From assembly GCF_044647545.1 (NCBI RefSeq), contig NZ_CP172818.1: DNA of 64,000 nucleotides; one strand, 5' to 3'. This document shows, piece by piece, positions 55,426 through 64,000 of the stretch. Each line of letters opens with the position of its first letter. Position 1 is the first letter of the stretch. Position numbers and translations under genes: made by a program. Below the pieces are notes generated by a model. That model did no database searches and was not told the DNA's origin. It was given only the letters and a program-made list of their open reading frames with translations. This DNA is from Escherichia coli. GTDB taxonomy: Bacteria > Pseudomonadota > Gammaproteobacteria > Enterobacterales > Enterobacteriaceae.

Positions 55426-57182
55426 GCAGGGATCTCCCCCACAACACTCAACGCCCCCATAATCTTCAACTCCAGCTCGTCCGGCACTTCGTTATACGAC
55501 AGCACATGCAGCCCCGGCGCAAACAATCTCGCATAGCGCGCCAGCAAAGGGCGCAACTGCGGTGGCACCAGCAGCACAGGGTCTTTCCCCGCCGCTTTCA
55601 TCTGCTCCTTCACCTGCGGCATCGTACTCTGGAACTGGTTGAGCATATTCGGGTCTACCGGCACGCTGTCGAGCATCACTTTGCCGGCCTGTTGCGCCTG
55701 ATTCACCACGTTGGTCAGCAGATTTTCCAGCTCATTATTCAGCGTATACACCGTCAGCTCCTGCTTGCGAACGAACGGATGGGTAATGCTGCGCCGCAGC
55801 GCCAGGCGCACATCTGCCGCCAGCAGAATATGATCTTTGGTCACCGCACTACTGGCGACCAGCACGGTGGCGATGGTGACGATATCGCGCAGGGAAACGC
55901 CTTCAGTCAGCAGCGCCCGGTACACTTTCAGCAACTGGCTGTAATTCAGCGCCGCGCTCAAATCCTCCGCCAGTCGCGGTGCCATCGACGACAGGCGGTT
56001 ATGCAACTGCGTAATATCGTCATAGTTAAATAAATCAGGAATATAGCTGCGCACAATCTTATTCACATGCGTGGCAATTACGCTGGCGCTGTCGATCACC
56101 TGATACCCCATATTCAGCGCCTTCGCTTTCTGCGCAGGCTGAATCCAGGTGACCGGCATCCCATATGCCGGGTCATTCCCCAGTACGCCGTCAATCTCGC
56201 CGTAGGTTTCGCTGGAGGGCAGGGCCATCAGTTTATCCGCCGGAATATCCGCTTCATCAGCCTTAATGCCGTTGATGAAAATGGCGTACTGGCTGGGCTT
56301 GAGACGGAAGTTTTCCCGAATACGGATCTCCGGCAGCAGCACGCCGTTACCGTCGGATATCACCTGCCGCACGCCGCGAATCCGCTGGGTGAGCGGGTTC
56401 CCCTGCGCTTTGTCCACCAGCGCCACCAGCTTGTAGCCGAGGCTTAAGCTGATGGGCTCGATCAGCGGAATGGTTTCCCAACTGACCTGTTGCTCGCTGG
56501 TTTCGGTGATGGTTCGGGTCAGCGTTTCGAGGCTTTTCTCCTCCGCCTCCGCCGCCTGCGGGCGTTTGCTCATCCGCCAGCCGGTAAAGCCAAGCAGGGC
56601 GCTGAACAGCAAAAATGGCAGATGCGGCATCCCCGGCACCACCGCCAGCACAAACATGATCCCGGTGGCGGTGTAGAGCACCGACGGACTTGCCAGCAGC
56701 TGGTGGCGCACGTCATGGGCGATATCGCCGTTGTCGCTGACGCGGGTGACGATAATTGCCGCCGCGGTGGAGAGCAGCAGGGACGGGATCTGCGCCACCA
56801 GCCCGTCGCCGATAGTCATCAGCACATATTGCTGGAAGGCGGCGTCGGCGCTCAGGTTGTATTTGAAGATCCCGATACAGACGCCGCCGATCAGGTTGAT
56901 CGCCAGAATCATCATCCCGGCGATGGCATCGCCGCGCACAAACTTCGATGCCCCGTCCATTGCGCCGTAGAAATCGGCCTCGCTGGCAACATCTTTACGC
57001 CGGGTTTGTGCCTGCGCCTGGTTGATCAATCCGGCGTTAAGATCGGCGTCAATCGCCATCTGTTTACCGGGCATCGCGTCCAGGGTAAAGCGGGCAGAAA
57101 CCTCGGAAATACGCTCGGCCCCTTTGGTGACGACGATAAAGTTGATTGTCAACAGCGTCAGTAAATCCGAGCGTGAAAGCAT
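55377..57182 (-). pseudogene. lfhA: FlhA-like flagellar export protein remnant (Flag-2 cluster), 5'-truncated
   Basis: About 600-aa ORF with FlhA-family similarity (…FVRGDAIAG…, C-terminal cytoplasmic domain) lacking the N-terminal TM region and a credible start. Confidence 0.8.
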
Positions 57183-57912
57183 TATCGCCGCGCTACACGG
57201 GCAGTCGATTTTTAACGGTGGCGGGCTGTCGCCGTTAAATAAAATCAGCCCGTCTCATCCGTCAAAACCTGCCACCGTGGCAGTGCCGGAAGAGACGGAG
57301 AAAAAAGCGCGCGACGTCAACGAGAAAACGGCGCTGCTGAAGAAGAAATCCGCCACCGAGCTTGGCGAGCTGGCGACCAGTATCAATACCATCGCCCGTG
57401 ATGCGCATATGGAAGCGAATCTGGAGATGGAGATTGTTCCCCAGGGATTACGCGTGCTGATTAAAGACGACCAGAACCGCAATATGTTCGAACGCGGCAG
57501 CGCACAGATTATGCCGTTCTTTAAAACTTTGCTGGTGGAGCTTGCGCCAGTGTTCGACTCGCTCGATAACAAAATTATTATTACCGGGCATACCGATGCG
57601 ATGGCCTACAAAAACAATATCTACAATAACTGGAACCTTTCGGGTGACCGCGCGCTTTCGGCTCGTCGGGCGCTGGAAGAGGCAGGAATGCCGGAAGATA
57701 AAGTGATGCAGGTGAGCGCAATGGCGGACCAGATGCTGCTGGACGCGAAAAATCCGCAAAGCGCGGGCAACCGGCGCATTGAGATTATGGTGCTGACTAA
57801 AAGCGCGTCCGATACGCTGTATCAATACTTTGGTCAGCATGGGGATAAAGTGGTGCAGCCGCTGGTGCAAAAGCTGGATAAGCAGCAGGTGCTTTCACAG
57901 CGAACGCGTTAA
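57157..57912 (+). pseudogene. lafU: MotB/OmpA-like flagellar motor protein remnant (Flag-2 cluster), 5'-truncated
   Basis: C-terminal OmpA-like domain (NWNLSGDRALSARRALEEAG...NRRIEIMVL); no N-terminal TM segment or start codon; 5' boundary approximate. Confidence 0.7.
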
Positions 57913-57948
57913 ATGCTGAATCTTTACGCATTTCTCAAACTCTGAAAT

Positions 57949-57968
57949 CACTGTATACTTTACCAGTG
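57949..57968 (+). promoter_or_regulatory. LexA operator (SOS box) of dinB
   Basis: CACTGTATACTTTACCAGTG about 15 nt upstream of the dinB start. Confidence 0.8.
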
Positions 57969-57982
57969 TTGAGAGGTGAGCA

Positions 57983-59038
57983 ATGCGTAAAATCATTCAT
58001 GTGGATATGGACTGCTTTTTCGCAGCGGTGGAGATGCGCGACAATCCCGCCCTGCGCGATATCCCTATTGCTATTGGCGGCAGCCGCGAACGTCGGGGGG
58101 TGATCAGCACCGCCAATTATCCCGCGCGTAAATTTGGCGTACGCAGCGCTATGCCGACAGGGATGGCGCTCAAATTATGCCCACATCTCACGCTGCTTCC
58201 AGGGCGCTTTGACGCCTACAAAGAAGCCTCAAATCATATCCGCGAAATTTTCTCGCGCTATACCTCGCGCATTGAACCGTTATCACTGGATGAAGCCTAT
58301 CTCGACGTCACCGATAGTGTGCATTGCCACGGTTCTGCGACCCTCATCGCCCAGGAAATCCGTCAGACGATCTTTAACGAGCTGCAACTGACGGCATCTG
58401 CGGGCGTTGCGCCGGTAAAGTTTCTCGCCAAAATTGCTTCCGACATGAATAAACCCAACGGTCAGTTTGTGATTACGCCGGCAGAAGTTCCGGCATTTCT
58501 GCAAACCTTACCGCTGGCAAAAATTCCCGGCGTCGGCAAAGTCTCGGCGGCAAAACTGGAAGCGATGGGGCTGCGGACCTGCGGTGATGTGCAAAAGTGT
58601 GATCTGGTGACTCTGCTCAAACGTTTTGGCAAATTTGGCCGCATTTTGTGGGAGCGTAGTCAGGGGATTGACGAGCGCGACGTTAACAGCGAGCGGTTGC
58701 GAAAATCCGTCGGCGTGGAACGCACGATGGCGGAAGATATTCATCACTGGTCTGAATGTGAAGCGATTATCGAGCTGCTGTATCCTGAACTTGAACGCCG
58801 TCTGGCAAAGGTAAAACCTGATTTACTGATTGCTCGCCAGGGGGTGAAATTAAAGTTCGACGATTTTCAGCAAACTACTCAGGAGCACGTCTGGCCGCGG
58901 CTGAATAAAGCTGATCTGATCGCCACCGCGCGTAAAACCTGGGATGAACGTCGCGGCGGGCGCGGTGTGCGACTGGTGGGGCTGCATGTGACGTTGCTTG
59001 ACCCTCAAATGGAAAGACAACTGGTGCTGGGATTATGA
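57983..59038 (+). CDS. dinB: DNA polymerase IV (Y-family translesion polymerase)
   Basis: 351-aa [25 protein letters not shown]. Confidence 0.95.
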   Translation: MRKIIHVDMDCFFAAVEMRDNPALRDIPIAIGGSRERRGVISTANYPARKFGVRSAMPTGMALKLCPHLTLLPGRFDAYKEASNHIREIFSRYTSRIEPLSLDEAYLDVTDSVHCHGSATLIAQEIRQTIFNELQLTASAGVAPVKFLAKIASDMNKPNGQFVITPAEVPAFLQTLPLAKIPGVGKVSAAKLEAMGLRTCGDVQKCDLVTLLKRFGKFGRILWERSQGIDERDVNSERLRKSVGVERTMAEDIHHWSECEAIIELLYPELERRLAKVKPDLLIARQGVKLKFDDFQQTTQEHVWPRLNKADLIATARKTWDERRGGRGVRLVGLHVTLLDPQMERQLVLGL

Positions 59039-59089
59039 TGTATACTATTATGTATATTCTGATGTTCATTATTATGAGGGGATCACTGT

Positions 59090-59383
59090 ATGCATCGAAT
59101 TCTCGCTGAAAAATCGGTCAATATCACTGAGTTACGTAAAAACCCAGCTAAATACTTTATTGATCAACCGGTTGCGGTTCTTTCTAATAATCGCCCCGCA
59201 GGATATCTCTTAAGTGCCAGCGCATTTGAAGCGTTAATGGACATGCTTGCTGAACAAGAGGAGAAAAAACTGGTTAAGGCGCGCTTCCGTCCGAGTGCCG
59301 CAAGATTAGAGGAAATTACACGCCGCGCTGAACAATATCTTAATGATATGACGGATGATGATTTCAATGACTTTAAGGAATAA
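59090..59383 (+). CDS. yafN: YafN antitoxin
   Basis: 97-aa ORF; Phd/YefM-like; precedes yafO. Confidence 0.88.
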   Translation: MHRILAEKSVNITELRKNPAKYFIDQPVAVLSNNRPAGYLLSASAFEALMDMLAEQEEKKLVKARFRPSAARLEEITRRAEQYLNDMTDDDFNDFKE

Positions 59384-59385
59384 GG

Positions 59386-59784
59386 ATGCGGGTATTCAAA
59401 ACAAAACTTATTCGCCTGCAACTTACAGCAGAGGAACTTGATGCGTTAACAGCGGATTTTATTTCCTATAAGCGTGACGGTGTTTTGCCAGATATATTTG
59501 GTCGCGATGCACTCTACGACGACTCGTTTACCTGGCCATTAATCAAATTTGAGCGAGTTGCTCATATTCATCTGGCAAATGTGAATAATCCATTTCCGCC
59601 ACAGTTGCGCCAATTCAGCAGAACGAATGACGAAGCGCATTTGGTATATTGTCAGGGTGCGTTTGATGAGCAAGCATGGTTGCTCATTGCCATTCTGAAA
59701 CCTGAACCTCATAAACTGGCTCGAGATAACAACCAAATGCATAAAATTGGGAAAATGGCAGAAGCGTTTCGCATGCGTTTTTGA
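59386..59784 (+). CDS. yafO: YafO ribosome-dependent mRNA interferase toxin
   Basis: 132-aa ORF MRVFKTKLIRLQLTAEELDALTADF. Confidence 0.88.
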   Translation: MRVFKTKLIRLQLTAEELDALTADFISYKRDGVLPDIFGRDALYDDSFTWPLIKFERVAHIHLANVNNPFPPQLRQFSRTNDEAHLVYCQGAFDEQAWLLIAILKPEPHKLARDNNQMHKIGKMAEAFRMRF

Positions 59785-59793
59785 ATTTATATT

Positions 59794-60246
59794 ATGAATA
59801 ACATACAAATAAGAAACTATCAGCCTGGCGATTTTCAGCAACTATGCGCTATTTTCCTTAGAGCGGTTACGATGACCGCCAGTCAGCATTATTCACCACA
59901 ACAAATTGCCGCCTGGGCGCAGATTGACGAATCTCGCTGGAAGGAGAAACTCGCGAAATCACAAGTGCGGGTTGCAGTTATTAATGCACAACCGGTTGGT
60001 TTTATTACCCGCATTGAACATTATATCGATATGTTATTTGTTGAACCTGAATACACCCGACGCGGGGTTGCCAGCGCTTTGTTAAAACCATTGATTAAGT
60101 CTGAATCCGAACTTACGGTGGACGCCAGCATAACCGCAAAGCCCTTTTTTGAACGTTATGGTTTTCAGACAGTTAAGCAGCAGTGCGTTGAATGCCGGGG
60201 AGAGTGGTTTACTAATTTTTATATGCGATATAAACCGCAACATTAA
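59794..60246 (+). CDS. yafP: GNAT-family N-acetyltransferase
   Basis: 150-aa ORF; acetyl-CoA-binding motif RRGVASALL. Confidence 0.88.
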   Translation: MNNIQIRNYQPGDFQQLCAIFLRAVTMTASQHYSPQQIAAWAQIDESRWKEKLAKSQVRVAVINAQPVGFITRIEHYIDMLFVEPEYTRRGVASALLKPLIKSESELTVDASITAKPFFERYGFQTVKQQCVECRGEWFTNFYMRYKPQH

Positions 60247-60424
60247 ATCCAGCTTGCAATGAAAATAACGCCCGCCTAGTATGTGTGCGTTTTCTTATTC
60301 CACAAACTGCAAGGAGGTAAATCATGACAAATCCTTTATCAATGACTCTTTGCAGACCTTTCCAGGATTAATTCTTTTTTTCTTGCCCTGGATTCGTCTG
60401 CCATTTCCTGATTTTTATTCATAA

Positions 60425-60691
60425 ATGGAATGGTACATGGGCAAATATATTCGTCCCTTATCCGATGCGGTATTTACCATCGCATCTGATGACCTGTGGA
60501 TCGAGAGTTTAGCGATCCAACAATTACACACCACGGCAAATTTACCCAACATGCAACGCGTAGTAGGGATGCCAGATTTACATCCCGGACGCGGCTATCC
60601 GATTGGCGCAGCGTTCTTCTCCGTAGGCCGTTTTTACCCGGCAAGACGTCGCGGTAACGGTGCTGGAAACAGAAACGGGTCGCTACTCTGA
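60425..60691 (+). pseudogene. ykfJ: RtcB-like RNA ligase N-terminal fragment
   Basis: 88-aa ORF with RtcB-type motif GMPDLHPGRGYPIGAAF, then terminates; overlaps prfH. Confidence 0.7.
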
Positions 60692-61160
60692 CACACTGCG
60701 TTCGGCGCTGATTTCTCTGGATGGCGATAACGCATGGGCTCTAAGCGAAAGCTGGTGTGGCACTATCCAGTGGATTTGTCCGAGTCCGTATCGGCCTCAT
60801 CATGGGCGCAAAAACTGGTTTCTGGGCATTGGGCGTTTTACCGCTGATGAGCAGGAACAATCCGACGCGATCCGTTATGAGACGCTGCGTTCGTCGGGGC
60901 CGGGCGGTCAACATGTCAATAAAACCGACTCGGCGGTACGCGCCACGCATCTGGCATCCGGTATTAGCGTGAAGGTTCAGTCAGAGCGCAGTCAGCATGC
61001 TAACAAACGGCTGGCGCGATTACTGATTGCCTGGAAGCTGGAACAACAGCAACAGGAAAATAGCGCGGCGCTGAAATCGCAGCGGCGAATGTTCCATCAT
61101 CAAATTGAACGTGGCAATCCGCGACGGATATTTACCGGGATGGCTTTTGTTGCTGTGTAA
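60660..61160 (+). CDS. prfH: peptide chain release factor homolog RF-H (likely N-terminally truncated)
   Basis: 166-aa ORF with GGQ motif ([20 protein letters not shown]). Confidence 0.85.
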   Translation: MLETETGRYSDTLRSALISLDGDNAWALSESWCGTIQWICPSPYRPHHGRKNWFLGIGRFTADEQEQSDAIRYETLRSSGPGGQHVNKTDSAVRATHLASGISVKVQSERSQHANKRLARLLIAWKLEQQQQENSAALKSQRRMFHHQIERGNPRRIFTGMAFVAV

Positions 61161-61580
61161 TTGAAGAATGAAACTCCCGCCGTTTTCTATATGAAAGCGC
61201 GCGCAAAACGAAAGAATCTCATTTTATCTCTCTTCCCTTTTTTTGATAAATCTTTCTTGTAGAACTTCTGTTGCTTCATCGCGCCGGTTTTTGGCTTAGT
61301 TTGGCCATTCGCCCGTTTTTGATCTTTTTGGCGTCGGGTGGTAACGCCAAACTCACTTTTTCCTCTTAGGCATAATATGGTTTGTCCGCCGGGGGGCTAG
61401 TTTTGGGCGGAAAAGAGAAAAACCCTTTCCAAATTGTTTTTCGACTGCGATCTGGGTCTTTCGGTAACACTTTCCTACATAGGTATTTTTTTTTTATTTT
61501 TAAAAAAAAAAAAAATCAAAAAAAGATAGCCATTGGCTTCAAACAGAAGTCCACGCCCGCAGGCGTGGACATTATCGTAA

Positions 61581-63038
61581 TTACTTCGCCGGAATTTCTT
61601 TCAGCAGTTCAGTCAGCAGTGTCCAGTAATGGCCTACGCTTTCGATGTGAACTTGCTCATCCGGAGAGTGTGGACCGGTGATTGTTGGCCCGATAGAAAC
61701 CATGTCCATTTCCGGATACGGTTTTTTGAACAGACCACATTCCAGGCCCGCGTGGATAATCTGGATGTTCGGCGTCTTGTTGAACAGACGCTGATAGGTT
61801 TCACGTACCAGATGCATCACCGGAGAATTAGCGTCCGGCTGCCAGCCAGGATATGCGCCTTTCGCTTCGGTTTTCGCGCCAGCCAGTTTACCCAGCGAAT
61901 CCAGCATGCTCACCACGTAGTCTTTACCGCTGTCGATCAGTGAACGGATCAGGCAGTGAATTTCTACGTTATTGTCAGTCATGGTCACCACACCGACGTT
62001 CAGGGAGGTTTCGACCACACCTTTTGCAACGTCGGAATTGCGGATCACACCGTTCGGGGTGGCGTTCAGCAGACGAATAAAGGTATCGCGAGATTTCGCA
62101 ATCAGGGCAGCTTTATCGTTCGCAACAGAGTCCAGCAGCAATGCCAGATTTTTCTCTTTCTCTGCCAGCTCGTTTTTCAGGATCTCCTGATAGGTATTCA
62201 CCAGAGATTTCAGTGTATCGACTTTATCAGCTGCGACAGCAATGGTCGCAAAGGCTTCACGCGGGATGGCGTTACGCAGTGTGCCGCCGTTGAAATCAAT
62301 AAGACGCAGGTCCAGTTCTTCTGCATGACCCGCCAGGAAGCGCACCAGCAGTTTGTTGGCATTACCCAGGCCAACGTGGATTTCACCGCCGGAGTGACCG
62401 CCTTTCAGACCTTTTAAGGTTAACTTGAAGGTTTCAAAACCAGCTGGAACCGCTTCACGATCTAAATGCAGGTTGGAGGTGAAGTCGATACCTCCCGCAC
62501 AACCCATGTAGATTTCACCTTCTTCTTCGGAGTCGGTGTTAATCAGAATATCAGCCTGCAACCAGTTGCTCTGTAAGCCAAAAGCACCGTCCATACCGGC
62601 TTCTTCGGTCATGGTCAGCAGCACTTCCAGCGGGCCGTGAACCACGTTTTCGTCAGCCAGAACCGCCAGTGCAGAGGCCATACCAATGCCGTTATCCGCA
62701 CCCAGCGTGGTGCCGCGTGCTTTAACCCATTCGCCATCAATATAAGGCTGGATAGGATCTTTAGTGAAGTCATGCACGGTGTCGTTATTTTTTTGCGGCA
62801 CCATATCGAGGTGGGCCTGCAAGACGACCGGTTTACGATTTTCCATACCTGCGGTAGCAGGTTTACGAATCAGGATATTACCTACCTGATCGCGTTCGAC
62901 ATGGAAACCTTTCTCTTTTGCCCAACCAACAATGTATTCAGCGAGTTGCTCTTCATGATAGGACGGGTGAGGAATAGAACAGATTTTGGCAAAAATATCC
63001 CACAGCGGCTGTGGAGATAATTGAGACAGTTCAGACAC
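61581..63038 (-). CDS. pepD: cytosol nonspecific dipeptidase (aminoacyl-histidine dipeptidase)
   Basis: 485-aa ORF MSELSQLSPQPLWDIFAKICSIPHPSYHEEQ; M20 family. Confidence 0.95.
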   Translation of the reverse strand: MSELSQLSPQPLWDIFAKICSIPHPSYHEEQLAEYIVGWAKEKGFHVERDQVGNILIRKPATAGMENRKPVVLQAHLDMVPQKNNDTVHDFTKDPIQPYIDGEWVKARGTTLGADNGIGMASALAVLADENVVHGPLEVLLTMTEEAGMDGAFGLQSNWLQADILINTDSEEEGEIYMGCAGGIDFTSNLHLDREAVPAGFETFKLTLKGLKGGHSGGEIHVGLGNANKLLVRFLAGHAEELDLRLIDFNGGTLRNAIPREAFATIAVAADKVDTLKSLVNTYQEILKNELAEKEKNLALLLDSVANDKAALIAKSRDTFIRLLNATPNGVIRNSDVAKGVVETSLNVGVVTMTDNNVEIHCLIRSLIDSGKDYVVSMLDSLGKLAGAKTEAKGAYPGWQPDANSPVMHLVRETYQRLFNKTPNIQIIHAGLECGLFKKPYPEMDMVSIGPTITGPHSPDEQVHIESVGHYWTLLTELLKEIPAK

Positions 63039-63298
63039 GTTAAGTCTCCTTGTCGATCACCCGCAAAACAGTATTGCAGGTCACAGGGTTAGCAGAAAAT
63101 GTTGTCAACACAAGACAGGCTTGCGAGATATGTTTGAGAATACCACTTTATCCCGCGTCAGGGAGAGGCAGTGCGTAAAAAGACGCGGACTCATGTGAAA
63201 TACTGGTTTTTAGTGCGCCAGATCTCTATAATCTCGCGCAACCTATTTTCCCCTCGAACACTTTTTAAGCCGTAGATAAACAGGCTGGGACACTTCAC

Positions 63299-63757
63299 AT
63301 GAGCGAAAAATACATCGTCACCTGGGACATGTTGCAGATCCATGCACGTAAACTCGCAAGCCGACTGATGCCTTCTGAACAATGGAAAGGCATTATTGCC
63401 GTAAGCCGTGGCGGTCTGGTACCGGGTGCGTTACTGGCGCGTGAACTGGGTATTCGTCATGTCGATACCGTTTGTATTTCCAGCTACGATCACGACAACC
63501 AGCGCGAGCTTAAAGTGCTGAAACGCGCAGAAGGCGATGGCGAAGGCTTCATCGTTATTGATGACCTGGTAGATACCGGTGGTACTGCGGTTGCGATTCG
63601 TGAAATGTATCCAAAAGCGCACTTTGTCACCATCTTCGCAAAACCGGCTGGTCGTCCGCTGGTTGATGACTATGTTGTTGATATCCCGCAAGATACCTGG
63701 ATTGAACAGCCGTGGGATATGGGCGTCGTATTCGTCCCGCCAATCTCCGGTCGCTAA
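63299..63757 (+). CDS. gpt: xanthine-guanine phosphoribosyltransferase
   Basis: 152-aa [27 protein letters not shown] motif [11 protein letters not shown]. Confidence 0.95.
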
Positions 63758-63848
63758 TCTTTTCAACGCCTGGCATTGCCGGGCGTTGTTCTTTTTAACT
63801 TCAGGCGGGTTACAATAGTTTCCAGTAAGTATTCTGGAGGCTGCATCC

Positions 63849-64000
63849 ATGACACAGGCAAACCTGAGCGAAACCCTGTTCAAACCCCGCTTTAAACATC
63901 CTGAAACCTCGACGCTAGTCCGCCGCTTTAATCACGGCGCACAACCGCCTGTGCAGTCGGCCCTTGATGGTAAAACCATCCCTCACTGGTATCGCATGAT
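63849..64000 (+). CDS. frsA: esterase FrsA, 5' end only (runs off the window)
   Basis: ATG at 63849; [27 protein letters not shown]. Confidence 0.8.

Noticed and set aside
55506-57164. Plus-strand ORFs (175 and 224 aa) within the lfhA region
   Set aside because: Antisense to the FlhA-like frame, His/Arg/Gln-rich and low complexity; typical of GC-rich antisense frames.
61382-61681. 99-aa ORF in the prfH-pepD spacer
   Set aside because: Low-complexity translation (poly-Phe/Lys from homopolymers) that runs into the pepD 3' end on the opposite strand; not credible as a gene.

Overview
This window reads as a well-known Escherichia coli K-12-type chromosomal segment (pyrH through frsA, roughly 4 to 5.5 min on the map), and I do not see a convincing previously undescribed system in it. 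About 60 protein-coding genes are intact and recognisable from their translated sequence: pyrH-frr-dxr-ispU-cdsA-rseP-bamA-skp-lpxD-fabZ-lpxA-lpxB-rnhB-dnaE-accA, ldcC, yaeR, tilS, rof/yaeP, yaeQ-arfB-nlpE, yaeF, proS, tsaA-rcsF, metQIN, gmhB, the complete rrnH operon (16S-tRNAIle-tRNAAla-23S-5S-tRNAAsp), dkgB, yafC, yafD, mltD, gloB, yafS, rnhA/dnaQ, tRNA-Asp (aspV) with a small AT-rich islet (yafT, ykfM, yafU, H-repeat fragment), yafV, ivy, fadE, gmhA, yafJ, yafK, dinJ, yafL, Flag-2 remnants lfhA/lafU, the SOS operon dinB-yafN-yafO-yafP, ykfJ/prfH remnants, pepD, gpt and the start of frsA. Four local anomalies deserve a second look: (1) the yafQ toxin is frameshifted while its antitoxin dinJ is intact; (2) the truncated methyltransferase yafE is separated from a 12-codon leader by a 48-nt A-rich tract carrying an in-frame TAA; (3) the prfH-pepD spacer is a 420-bp low-complexity stretch with A13/T10 homopolymers; (4) yafL and lfhA 3' ends overlap with no gene between them, where I recall the K-12 reference having rayT. 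All reference comparisons are from memory and unverified; gene calls rest on the supplied ORF track plus my reading of the sequence.
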